Origin: Candidatus Eiseniibacteriota bacterium
GTDB taxonomy: Bacteria; Arandabacterota; Arandabacteria; JAGLYR01
Direction of reading: 5' to 3'
DNA: 55,158 nucleotides
Assembly: GCA_023132135.1 (NCBI GenBank)
Contig: JAGLYR010000046.1
Coordinates: forward strand, 1 to 55,158
The translations under genes and the position numbers were made by a program. Numbering within the stretch: the first letter of the stretch is position 1; every line of letters starts with the position of its first letter. Positions 25,059-38,182 of this stretch are shown here, piece by piece. The notes under the pieces were generated by a model. The model worked only from the letters and a program-made list of their open reading frames with translations. It made no database searches and had not been told where the DNA came from.

Positions 25059-27971
25059 ATGATCGGAAAGACCATCTCGTACTACCGGATCACGGAGAAA
25101 CTGGGCGAAGGCGGGATGGGGATTGTCTATAAGGCCGAGGACACGCGTCTCAACCGCAGTGCGGCCCTGAAGTTCCTCTCACCCCATGCTCTTGGAACGG
25201 ACGAAGAGAAAGCCCGGTTCGTGCGGGAAGCCCAGGCGGCAGCCGCTCTCACTCACCCCAACATCTGCACGATCTACGGAATCAGTGAGGCCGAAGGGCA
25301 AACCTTCATCGAGATGGCGTACGTCGAAGGTCGGAGTCTCAAGGAGGCGATCGCCCGTGGTCCGCTCGATTCCGACGAAGCCATCCGAATCGCCTTCCAG
25401 ATCACGGAAGGACTCCGGGAAGCTCACGAGAAGGGCGTCATCCACCGCGATATCAAGCCCGCCAACATCATGATCACCCGCGACGGTCGCCCCATCATCA
25501 TGGACTTCGGATTGGCGAAGCTGGTCGAGTCGACGACCGTCACCAGGACGGGAGCCGTCGGAGGCACGGCCGCCTACATGTCCCCCGAGCAGGCAAGGGG
25601 CGAGACCATCGACCACAGGACGGACCTCTGGTCCCTGGGCGTCGTCCTCTACGAAATGGTCACCGGCCAGCGACCCTTCAAGAGCGATTATGAACAGGCC
25701 GCAGTCTACGCCATCCTGAACGAGGATCCCCCCTCCCCCAGCGAACTGCGCCCGGACGCGCCGGAGGAACTCGTTCACACCATCCGAAAATTGCTGGAGA
25801 AGGATCCCGGGAATCGATACCAGACCGCGGATGGAGTTCTGGGCGACCTGCGGAAACTCGCGTCCGGATTTCCCATCTCGGATACTCCCACTGCGGCGAG
25901 ACCCTCTGCGAGCCGCATCTCCCCCGTTCTGATTTCCCTGGCCGCCGTTGCCGTTCTGGTGGCGGCTTTCCTTCTTCTGAGGCCCTTCCTGTTTCGCGAG
26001 GTCCTGGTCTCGGAGCCCAAGCCCATCGCCATCGTGGCCTTTGCCAACCAGACGGGCAACGAGGCCTTCGACTATCTCGAGGAGGCGATCCCCAATCTCT
26101 TGATCACCAGCCTCGAGCAGTCCGGCTACCTGAGGGTGACCACTCGAGAACGCCTGAGGGATCTCAAGAAGCAAGCCGGAAGAGACACGAGGGAACCCAT
26201 CGACAAGGACCTGGCCTTCGAGCTGTGCCGAATGGACGGCATCGAGGCGCTCGTCGTCGGCAGCTTTACAAAGGCCGGAGATGTTTTTGCCACGGACGTG
26301 AAGGTTCTGGATGTCGAGAGCAAGCAGATCCTCGAAAGCGCCAGCTCACGAGGGCGGGGTCCCGCGAGTATACTGGAGAAACAGATCGACGAACTCAGCA
26401 GGAAGATTTCCAGGGGCATTGGCCTTTCACAGCGCTCGATGACCGCATCCCAACCCATTCGTGATGTCACCACATCATCTCTGGAAGCGTACGATCTCTA
26501 TCTCCAGGGACGGGAAGCGGCCGACAGGTACTACCAACGAGAGGCAGCCGACTACCTGAAGAAGGCCGTCGAAATCGACCCCGAGTTTGCCGCTGCCTAC
26601 CTTCACCTGGCATGGGTCTATGATCCCATCGGGGATGCGAAAGCCCGCAATGAGGCCATTTCAAAGGCGTGGTCTCTCTCGGACAAGGCCTCTCCCAAGG
26701 AGAGACTTTACATCGAGGCCGGCCACGCGCAATACATCGACCAGGATCTGGGACGCGTCGCCGAGATCATGGCGGGGATCGTCCGGAGATACCCTCAGGA
26801 GAAACTCGCCCATCTTCTTCTGGCCCGACTCCATCGGAACTTCCACCGACACGACGAGGCCATCGCACAGTTCAACATCGTGCTTGACCTGGATCCCAGC
26901 TACACTCCTGCGATGAACTCCCTGGCGTATACGTACGCCGACATAGGTCAGTACGAGAGGGCCTTTGAGCTCTTCGGCCGTTACGCGGCCGCCGCTCCCG
27001 GGGACGCCAATCCCTACGACTCCATTGCCGACATCTACTTCCGTATCGGGAAGCTGGACCAGACCATCGCGAATTTCGAGAAGGCCCTCGAGATCCGCCC
27101 GGACTTTGCATCGTCCATCGGCAAACTGTGGCACGTCCATGCCATCCTGGGGGAATACGATCGGGCCGTGGAGTGGATCCGGCATTGGATCGAGACGGCT
27201 CCTCTCGACGAGTCCAAGGCTAGCGGGCAGCGTTGGTGGGGGTACTTCGACTACTGGTTGGGCAGGGAAAAGGTCGCGCTTCGGCGCATCGAGTCGTCCA
27301 GGGAGCTGTCCGGGGACAACACCGCGGGGACAACGCTTAGCCTCATGACGCTGGCGTGGATTCACTACGACCTAGGAGAGACGCTGGCGGGCAGGCAATT
27401 CGTGGAGCGTTCCGCTGAGCTGATGGGAGACTACGCCGCACCTCGTTTCATAGTTGTTGATGAGGCTACGCGGGTTTTCTACCACGGTCTGTCGGATGTG
27501 AAAGAAGGTGGTCTGGCGGCGGCCAGGACCCGGCTTGCGGAGCTCGGGACTCTGGTTCCCGAAGGCAGCTCGGCATACAAGCCCACCATAGAGTTCTACC
27601 ATCGGCTGCTCCTGGCCGAGATCCTGTTTGCCGAGGGAAAACCCGCCGACGCTATCGAGGTGTTCAAACAGGCCCAGCCGTACGCAGTCGACCATCTCCA
27701 CGATGGTCTCCTGCTGGCCGTGTACACCCCCCGCAAAGACGTCGTTGCGCGCGCGTATCTGGATATGGGGCAGGTCGCAGAAGCTATCGCCGAATACGAG
27801 CGCCTGACCAGCACCGATCCCAACGTGCGGGGGCGCATGTTGCTCCGCCCCCGGAACCTCTACCGGCTTGGGAAGCTGTACGAGAAAACCGGGCAGGTGG
27901 AGAAAGCGAAGGTCGCCTACGAGCGCTTCCGCGATCTGTGGGAGGATGCGGATGAGGCACCTGGCGGGTAG
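25059..27971 (+). CDS. transmembrane Ser/Thr protein kinase with TolB-N-like and TPR C-terminal region (K1)
   Basis: 970 aa. Hanks motifs [40 protein letters not shown]. TM segment [21 protein letters not shown]. Then [30 protein letters not shown] and multiple TPRs. Confidence 0.9.
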   Translation: [970 protein letters not shown]

Positions 27972-28083
27972 CATTCCTCCGCCGCGGGAATTTCAAAGAG
28001 CTTTTCGTGCTAGCCGCCGTGTACCGAACAGGTTACAATTCCTGAGTACCCCTCTGCAACTCCGTCCCACCGATCAGGAGTGC

Positions 28084-29400
28084 ATGATGGCCGACAAGAA
28101 CACTGGCGACAGCCGACTGGAATCCCTGGATCAGGAAAACCGCAGGCTGAAGCGGGCCGTCGAAGAGCTGACCATCCTCAACGACCTCGCCAGGGAGATC
28201 GGCGCGTCCACGAATTCCCAGAAGATCATGAATACCATCATCCGCCGAGCACTTCGGGCCGTCCGTGCCGAGCAGGGCGTGATCACACTGGTGGACCGGA
28301 AATCCAGCACGCCGATGAGAACTCTCGTCCGAACGATGATCAGCTCCGCCGACAGCAGGCCATTCCACCTGGACCAGAGCATTCTGGGCTGGATGATCCT
28401 CAACAAGAAGCCTCTGATGGTGAATGATCCCCCGGTGGATGACCGTTTCCGCGGGGTCCGTTGGGATGAGTCGATCCAGACCCTTCTGGCCGCACCCCTT
28501 CTGGTCAAGTCCGAGCTGATCGGAGTCCTGACCCTGTACAACAAGAAGGAGGAGGACGGCGGCTTCGCAGAAGAAGACCAGCGCCTTCTTGCCATCATTG
28601 CCACCCAGTCCGGACAGGTTGTGGAGAACGCCCGCCTCTACGAGGAGGAACAGGCTCTGTTCAGAATGAAGGAAGAGCTGCGCCTCGCTTCCGGGATCCA
28701 GCACCGGCTGTTGCCGAAGACGTCACCACAGGTTTCGGGGTACGACATTGCGGGGGTCAGCATCCCGACCGAAGCTGTCGGCGGAGACTATTTCGACTTC
28801 ATGTTGCTCGATGGCGGGCGCCTGGCCTTCTGCCTCGGGGACGTTTCCGGCAAGGGGCTTCCGGCCGCCCTTCTCATGTCTAACCTACAGGCCACAGTTC
28901 GCGGGCAGGCCCCCCTGGCGCACTGTCCCAAGGAGTGTATCGAGCGCGCCAACCGGTTGCTCTTCGGCAGCACCGAGCCGGACCGCTTCGCAAGCCTGTT
29001 CTACGGTATTCTTAATCCCCACAATCACGATCTGTGCTACTGCAGCGCCGGCCACGAGCAGCCCTTCCTCATTCGCAAGGGTGCGGAACCGTCCCGCCTG
29101 GAAGCAGGCGGGATGCTCCTGAGTTTCCTGGAAGAGGTCTCCTACGAAGAGGCCTGCGTTTCCCTCGATCCGGGAGATGTGCTGGTAATCTACTCAGACG
29201 GAATTACCGACGCCCTCAATGGCCTCGATGAGGCCTATGGGGAGCCTCGTCTCCTGGATCTGATCCAGAACAGCATGGAGGAATCGGCCGCCGATCTCAT
29301 GGGCCGGATCATTCGCGAAGTCCGGGAGCACGCCGGGGACCGCCCCCAGTTTGATGACATGACGCTGGTGGTCATCAGGCGAGAGGTGAGCGAGACATGA
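28084..29400 (+). CDS. GAF domain-containing PP2C (SpoIIE/RsbU-type) Ser/Thr phosphatase
   Basis: ATG at 28084, preceded by AGGAG, within ORF 27868..29400. N-terminal coiled coil, GAF block (VITLVDRK..LIGVLTLYNK), then PP2C_2 motifs GGDYFDF, GDVSGKGLPAALLM, YSDGITDA, DDMTLVV. The stop overlaps the K2 start (ATGA at 29397-29400). Confidence 0.9.
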   Translation: MMADKNTGDSRLESLDQENRRLKRAVEELTILNDLAREIGASTNSQKIMNTIIRRALRAVRAEQGVITLVDRKSSTPMRTLVRTMISSADSRPFHLDQSILGWMILNKKPLMVNDPPVDDRFRGVRWDESIQTLLAAPLLVKSELIGVLTLYNKKEEDGGFAEEDQRLLAIIATQSGQVVENARLYEEEQALFRMKEELRLASGIQHRLLPKTSPQVSGYDIAGVSIPTEAVGGDYFDFMLLDGGRLAFCLGDVSGKGLPAALLMSNLQATVRGQAPLAHCPKECIERANRLLFGSTEPDRFASLFYGILNPHNHDLCYCSAGHEQPFLIRKGAEPSRLEAGGMLLSFLEEVSYEEACVSLDPGDVLVIYSDGITDALNGLDEAYGEPRLLDLIQNSMEESAADLMGRIIREVREHAGDRPQFDDMTLVVIRREVSET

Positions 29401-31742
29401 TCGGCAAAACCATCTCCCACTACAAGATTCTCGAAAAGATCGGCGAGGGCGGCATGGGTGTCGTCTACAAGGCCGAGGATACAAAGCTCAAGCGCACCGT
29501 TGTGCTCAAGTTCCTTCCCTCCGATCTGACATGCGACGCCGACTGCAAGGAGCGATTCGTCAACGAAGCCCAGGCCGCGGCAGCTCTCAATCATCCCAAC
29601 ATCGTGACCATTCATGAAATCGACGAGACCGAGGGCCAGGTCTTCATTGCGATGGAACTTGTCGAAGGGCGATCTTTGCAGGACATGATCGCAGAGGCCG
29701 GGACCGCGGGCCGGTCACTCCCCGACATCAACCAGGCCATAGACATTGCAGGGCAGATCTGCAAGGGACTCGACAAAGCACATGGGGCGGGCATCGTCCA
29801 TCGCGATATCAAACCCGCCAACATCCTGGTCGATCCGGACGGGCAGGTGAGAATCCTGGACTTCGGGATTGCAAAGCTCAGGGGTGTGAGCGCTCTCACG
29901 AAGGAGACCTCCACCCTGGGGACGGTCCACTACATGTCTCCGGAACAAACCCGGGGAGAGAGCGTGGACCATCGCACGGACATCTGGGCGGTCGGCGCTG
30001 TTCTCTACGAGCTGCTGGCCGGCCTCCCTCCCTTCAAAGGAGATTATGAACAGGCTGTCATCTATTCGATTCTGAACGAGGATCCCGAGCCCGTCACGTC
30101 GATGAGGAGCGATGCCCCTGAGGGGCTGGCCAAGATCCTCGCAAGAGCCCTTGCCAAGAATCCGGAAGAGCGCTACCAGAACCTCGGTCACATGCTCGCC
30201 GACCTGCGGGCTCTCGAAGAGGGCGCGGAGCTTGCGGAGACCAGGGAAATTCTTCGAGACGCGTCCCCCAGAAGAAGGAAGAGGGTCTATCTCTACCCCG
30301 GGATCTCGGTTCTGCTCCTTCTTCTCCTCCTGAGCCAGGCCCATCGTCTGACGTGGCGCGCCCCGGCGGTCGATTCTCTCGCCGTTCTTCCGCTCGGGAA
30401 CCTGTCGGGCGATCCCAACCAAGAATACATCGCCGACGGGATGACCCAGGCGCTCATCATGGAACTATCCAGGATCAAGGCCTTGCGCGTCATATCGAGA
30501 ACCTCCGTCATGCGCTACAAGGAAACGGACAAGTCCCTGCCGGAAATCGCCAAGGAGCTCGACGTCGACGTGGTAGTGGAAGGTTCGGCCATGCTTGCGG
30601 GAAACCAGATCCGAATCACGGCGCAGCTCATCGATGCGACCACAGACCAGCATCTGTGGGCGGAGAGCTACGAACGGGAGTTCCGCGATGTTCTCGCTCT
30701 TCAGAAAGAGGTCGCCAGGGCCATCGCAGGAGAAATCCGGATTGCCCTGACCCCTGAGGAGCAGGAACGACTCGCCTCCGCGCCGCCCGTGAATCCCGAA
30801 GCCCACGAGGCTTATCTCAAGGGCATCTTTCACCGGAACAAGCTCACGTTCGAGGGAATCGACAAAGCGATCGGGTACTTCGAAGAGGCCCTGGATCTGG
30901 ACCCCGACTACGCGCCTGCGCACGTGGGGCTCGCCTTGTGCTACGACGATCTTACCAGCTTGGGCCGCATGCCGGGCGAGGAGGCCTGGCCCAAAGTGAA
31001 GGCCCAGGCGATGAGAGCCCTCGAGATCGATCCAACGGAAGTTGAGGCCCACGCTCTGATTGCAGATGTGAAATTCCTCCACGACTGGGACTGGGAGGGC
31101 GCGGAAGCGGAATTCAAACGAGCGATCGAGCTCAACCCCGGACATCTTACGGCCCATGGCTGGTACGCGATGTACCTGATTGCCATGGGACGGTTCGACG
31201 AGGCGGTGATGGAAAGCCGAAAGGCGGTCGAGATCGATCCTCTGTCCATCGGCATGCAACAGAACCTGGCCGTGTCGCTTCGCTACGCTTCCAGGTACGA
31301 TGAAGCGGAGGAGCAGATGAGGGAGATCCTGGACATGGACCCGGATCTCGCCATCGCCCACCTCGGCCTCGGAATCATCTACACAGACCAGGGAAAACAC
31401 GCGCAGGCCATCCAGGAGATCGAGAAAGTGATGGAGTTGGTGGGATACGGCTTGACCGCCCCTTTGCTTGCCAGGGCCCATGCACTGTCGGGCAACCGGA
31501 GCAAGGCGGAGGAGATCCTCGAGAATGTCGCCCGCCTTTCCTCCGAGGAGCGGTTCCTGCCCCTTCACATGGCCGGGGCCTGTGCTGCTCTGGGCAGGGA
31601 CGATCAGGCGATGGAATGGCTGGAAAGAGCATACGATCAGCGCCAGACGCACATGGTATTCTTAAGGGTAAATCCGGCGTTCAGGGATCTGCACTCCGAT
31701 CCACGGTTCATCGCATTACTGGAAAAGATGCGGCTGGAGTGA
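29397..31742 (+). CDS. transmembrane Ser/Thr protein kinase with TolB-N-like and TPR region (K2)
   Basis: 781 aa. [49 protein letters not shown]. A TM segment, then [44 protein letters not shown] and TPRs. Confidence 0.9.
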   Translation: [781 protein letters not shown]

Positions 31743-31762
31743 AAGCAGGCAGGTGACGCGAT

Positions 31763-34135
31763 ATGATCGGTAAGACCATCTCTCACTACCGCATCCTCGA
31801 AAAGCTCGGCGAAGGCGGCATGGGCGTGGTCTACAAGGCCCAGGACACCAAGCTGGATCGCACCGTCGCGCTCAAGTTCCTCCCTCCCGACCTGACGAAT
31901 GACGACGACGTGCTCGATCGTTTCCGCCGCGAGGCCAAGGCAGCTGCTGCCCTCAACCACCCCAATATCATCACTATCTACGAAATCGCCGAATCCGAGG
32001 GCCACACATACATAGCCATGGAGTATGTGAAGGGCCGATCTCTGGAAGAGGTGATGAGAGACCGCAGAGCCATTGGGCAGCAGGGCCTTCCGATCCTTGA
32101 GGCCGTGGGCATCGCAGCCCAGATCTCGGAGGGACTTGAAAAAGCCCATCGGGCAGGCATCGTTCACCGGGACATCAAACCGGGCAACATCCTCGTCGAT
32201 CAGGACGGCCGGGTGAAGATCCTCGATTTCGGTCTTGCCAAGCTGCGGGGTGTCAGCAAGCTAACTAAAGAGGCTTCGACGCTTGGAACCGTCCAGTACA
32301 TGTCGCCGGAACAGACCCGCGGCGAAGAGGTCGATCACCGAACCGACATGTGGTCGTTTGGCTGTGTTATGTATGAGATGGTTACAGGAAAGCTGCCCTT
32401 CACGGGAGATTATGAGCAGGCCGTGGTTTACTCCATCCTCAACGAAGATCCGAAACCTGTCACCTCTCTTCGCTCGGATGCTCCATCAGGGTTTGACCAG
32501 GTGACCGCCCGAGCACTCGCAAAGAGTCCTGACGATCGGTACGACAGCTTCAATGGTGTGTTGGAAGACCTGAGTAGCCTCACGGGTATTTCCGGATTGG
32601 ATCAGGTCGCACCGGCGTCGAAATCCCGGAAAGGCTCGCGACGCAGAAGGTTCTTCCTGTATCCCGGGATCCCGGTCCTGCTGCTGGTTCTCATCGCCCT
32701 AACCGATCGATTCGGTCTGTTCAGCGGACTCTCGCCTCCCGCCAAGACGATCGATTCGATCGCCGTTTTGCCGCTGGAGAATCTTTCTGGTGATTCAGAG
32801 CAGGAGTACTTCGTCGACGGGATGACCGAAGCCCTGATCACGGAGCTCTCCAGGATCAAGGCCCTACGGGTGATCTCCCGGACGTCCGTGATGCGTTACA
32901 AGGGCACGGACAAGTCCGTACCGGAGATCGGGAGGGATCTGCGCGTCGACGCCGTGGTCGAAGGATCGGTGGTGCACGCCGATGGGCGGATTCGGATCAC
33001 CGCCCAACTGATCGAGGCAGAATCGGATTATCACCTGTGGGCCGAGAGCTACGACCGTGATCTTCGCAATATCCTGTCCCTTCAGAAGGAGGTCGCCCGT
33101 ACCATCGCGCGAGAAATCCGGATCGCCCTGACACCCGAGGAGGAGAGGAGACTCGCGTCCGCCGAAACAGTAGACTCGGAGGCATACAAGCTCTACCTCA
33201 AGGGTCGACACCACTGGAACAAGAGAGCCGAAGAAGAGATCCGGCAGAGTATTGAGTACTTCCGACAGGCGATTGACAGAGATCCGACCTATGCCCTGGC
33301 GTACGCCGGCCTGGCGGATAGCTACGGCATCCTCGCGTTCAATGGGCATGTCCCTCCTGCGGAGGCGATCCCCCAGTCCCGAGCCGCAGTCCTGAAGGCC
33401 CTGGAGATCGACAGCATGCTTGCCGAGGCCCATGCCTCTCACGCCGGAATCCTGTTTCAGTTTGACTGGGATTTCCCCGCGGCTGAGGCCGAGTTCCGGC
33501 GCGGGTTGGAGCTGAATCCCAGCTATGCAACCGGACACCAGTGGTACGGCCTCTTCCTTGCGAGCATGGGCAGGTACGCTGAGGGAATTGCTGAACTGGA
33601 GCTGGCCCAGGAACTGGATCCCCTCTCTCTCGTGATTCCCGTCGCCCTGTCCATGGTACTCTACTACGGTGGTGAGTACGACCGTTCCCTTGAGGCGTGC
33701 TACAAGAGCCTCGAGCTGGACCCGGACTTCTTCTACGCCCGTGGCCAGATGTCTTTGCTCTGCGAGGCTCAGGGCAACTTCGATCTGGCAGTATCCGAAT
33801 TCAAGCAGTATTTGAGGGCCAGCTACGGGGCGTCGGCCGAAGAACTGGACGCCCTCGAGCGGGGCTTCACGGAGGGTGGCATGGAGGCTGTCAATCGATG
33901 GTACGTCAGCTACCTCCTTGACCTGTCGAGAAGACGATACGTGAATCCGCTCGAGATTGCCTCCGAATTCGCCCGGATTGGAGAAGTGGACGAAGCGTTC
34001 ATGTGGTTGGAGAAGGCATACCAGGAGCGGGATGTCTTCATCGTGGATCTGAACATGGATCCGGTGTGGGCTGATTTCCATTCGGATCCTCGTTTTCAGA
34101 GGATTGTAGAGGGGATTGGCCTTCCGCAGCGATAG
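31763..34135 (+). CDS. transmembrane Ser/Thr protein kinase with TolB-N-like and TPR region (K3)
   Basis: 790 aa with the same architecture as K2. The 5' leader GCAGGCAGGTGACGCGAYATGATCGGTAAG is shared with K4. Confidence 0.9.
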   Translation: [790 protein letters not shown]

Positions 34136-34154
34136 ACCAAGACGGGGACCGGAG

Positions 34155-34210
34155 AGGCGAAAGCCGAGAGGCGAAAGGCGAGAGGCGAAAGGCGAGAGGC
34201 GAAAGGCGAG
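34155..34210. repeat. 4 x 14-bp tandem repeat (AGGCGAAAGSCGAG; GGCGARA heptad-based)
   Basis: AGGCGAAAGCCGAG, then three copies of AGGCGAAAGGCGAG, head to tail, 20 nt after the K3 stop. Confidence 0.9.
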
Positions 34211-34251
34211 ATTCAGAGCTGGCCACAGATTACGCAGATTGCGCAGATGGG

Positions 34252-34270
34252 ATTCGTGGTTGAAGCTTTT
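34252..34270 (+). repeat. CTTCGTG-triplet intergenic repeat, partial copy D
   Basis: ATTCGTGGTTGAAGCTTTT. Only the distal part of the repeat is present, just upstream of K4. Confidence 0.55.
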
Positions 34271-34292
34271 GCCTGCAGGCAGGTGACGCGAC

Positions 34293-36913
<2,621 letters not shown>

Positions 36914-36917
<4 letters not shown>

Positions 36918-38176
36918 TCGGCAAAACCATCTCCCACTACAAGATCCTTGAGAAGCTCGGCGAAGGCGGTATGGGGGTCGTCTACAAAGCCGAGGACACC
37001 AAGCTTCAGCGCACGGTTGCCCTCAAGTTCCTTCCTCCCGCATTGACGATCGACCCCGACGCCAAGGAACGTTTCATCTACGAGGCGCGGGCTGCATCCG
37101 CCCTGGATCACCAGAACATCTGCACGATCTACGAAATCAATGAAGCCGATGAACAAACCTTCATCGCCATGGCTCATATCCAGGGCCAGACCCTGAAGGA
37201 GAAGATCCGGTCCGGTCCGCTGAAGCTCGATGAGGCTCTCGATATCGGCATCCAGATCGCCGAAGGTCTGCGTGAAGCCCACAGGAAGGGCATCGTTCAT
37301 CGAGACATCAAGAGCGCCAACATCATGGTCACGGATGACGGTCAGGCGAAAATCATGGATTTCGGACTGGCCAAGCTGACCGGGCGGACGAATCTCACCA
37401 AGGAAGGCACTACGCTCGGGACCGTTGGCTACATGTCTCCCGAACAGGCTCGGGGAGAAGCCGTGGATCACCGGACCGACATCTGGTCTCTTGGCATTTT
37501 AGTGTACGAGATGGTAACCGGACGGCTGCCCTTCAGGGGCGACTACGAGCAGGCCGTCGTCTACTCAATCCTGAACGAAGAACCCGAGCCGATGACGGCC
37601 CTGCGCACCGGTGTTCCGATGGAACTGGAACGAATTGTGGCCAAGGCGATGGCGAAAACACCGGGTGAACGCTACCAGCACGTGGACGAAATCCCCGTGG
37701 ACCTGAGAGCGATCAAGATGATGCCGAGTGGCGTCTCGAGCAGCTACTCTTCAATGATCAACGTGTCTCGCGCCTCTGCATCGCGCCCTACGCGATGGAA
37801 ACGAGCAATTCCCTGGGCTCTGGTTGTCCTCCTGGGGATCACTGCGGGTGTTGCCTGCCGGAGATTGTGGGGCAGAGCTCCAGAAGGATCGTCTGCAGTC
37901 AGGCGTCTCACTCTACGTCTCCCTGATACAGAGCCTCTCTGGTTAAGCCTCGGGTTCCAGGAACCCAGCATGGCGTTGTCGCCGGATGGGACAGAGCTCG
38001 TTTACGTTGCATACCGTGACGGCGCTCGACAGCTGTACTTGCGAGAGATGGATCAGTTTGATGCCAGACCGATCCCCGGCACGGAAGACGGGCGGAATCC
38101 AATATTTTCTCCGGATGGAGAATGGATTGCCTTCTTCACCGGCGGCAAGCTGAAGAAAATCTCCCTGAGTGGCTGA
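36914..38176 (+). CDS. Ser/Thr protein kinase with TM segment and first blades of a TolB-like beta-propeller (K5, N-terminal part, ends at in-frame TGA)
   Basis: ATG at 36914 inside ORF 36809..38176. [50 protein letters not shown]. TM segment AIPWALVVLLGITAGVA. PD40-like SPDGTELVYV and FSPDGEWIAFF. Terminates at TGA 38174-38176 in the middle of a propeller blade. Confidence 0.8.
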
Positions 38177-38182
38177 GCATCC

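Noticed and set aside
34155-34210. Possible CRISPR array (also 39618-39673)
   Set aside because: Repeat units are 7-14 bp, directly abutting with no spacers, and there are no cas genes. These are simple tandem repeats.
38174-38176. Alternative genetic code (UGA=Gly or Sec) as explanation for the in-frame TGA in K5
   Set aside because: TGA terminates many well-defined genes here (five junctions in the RND operon, PP2C/K2, K4/K5, sigma/anti-sigma). No SECIS-like hairpin is evident right after the codon.
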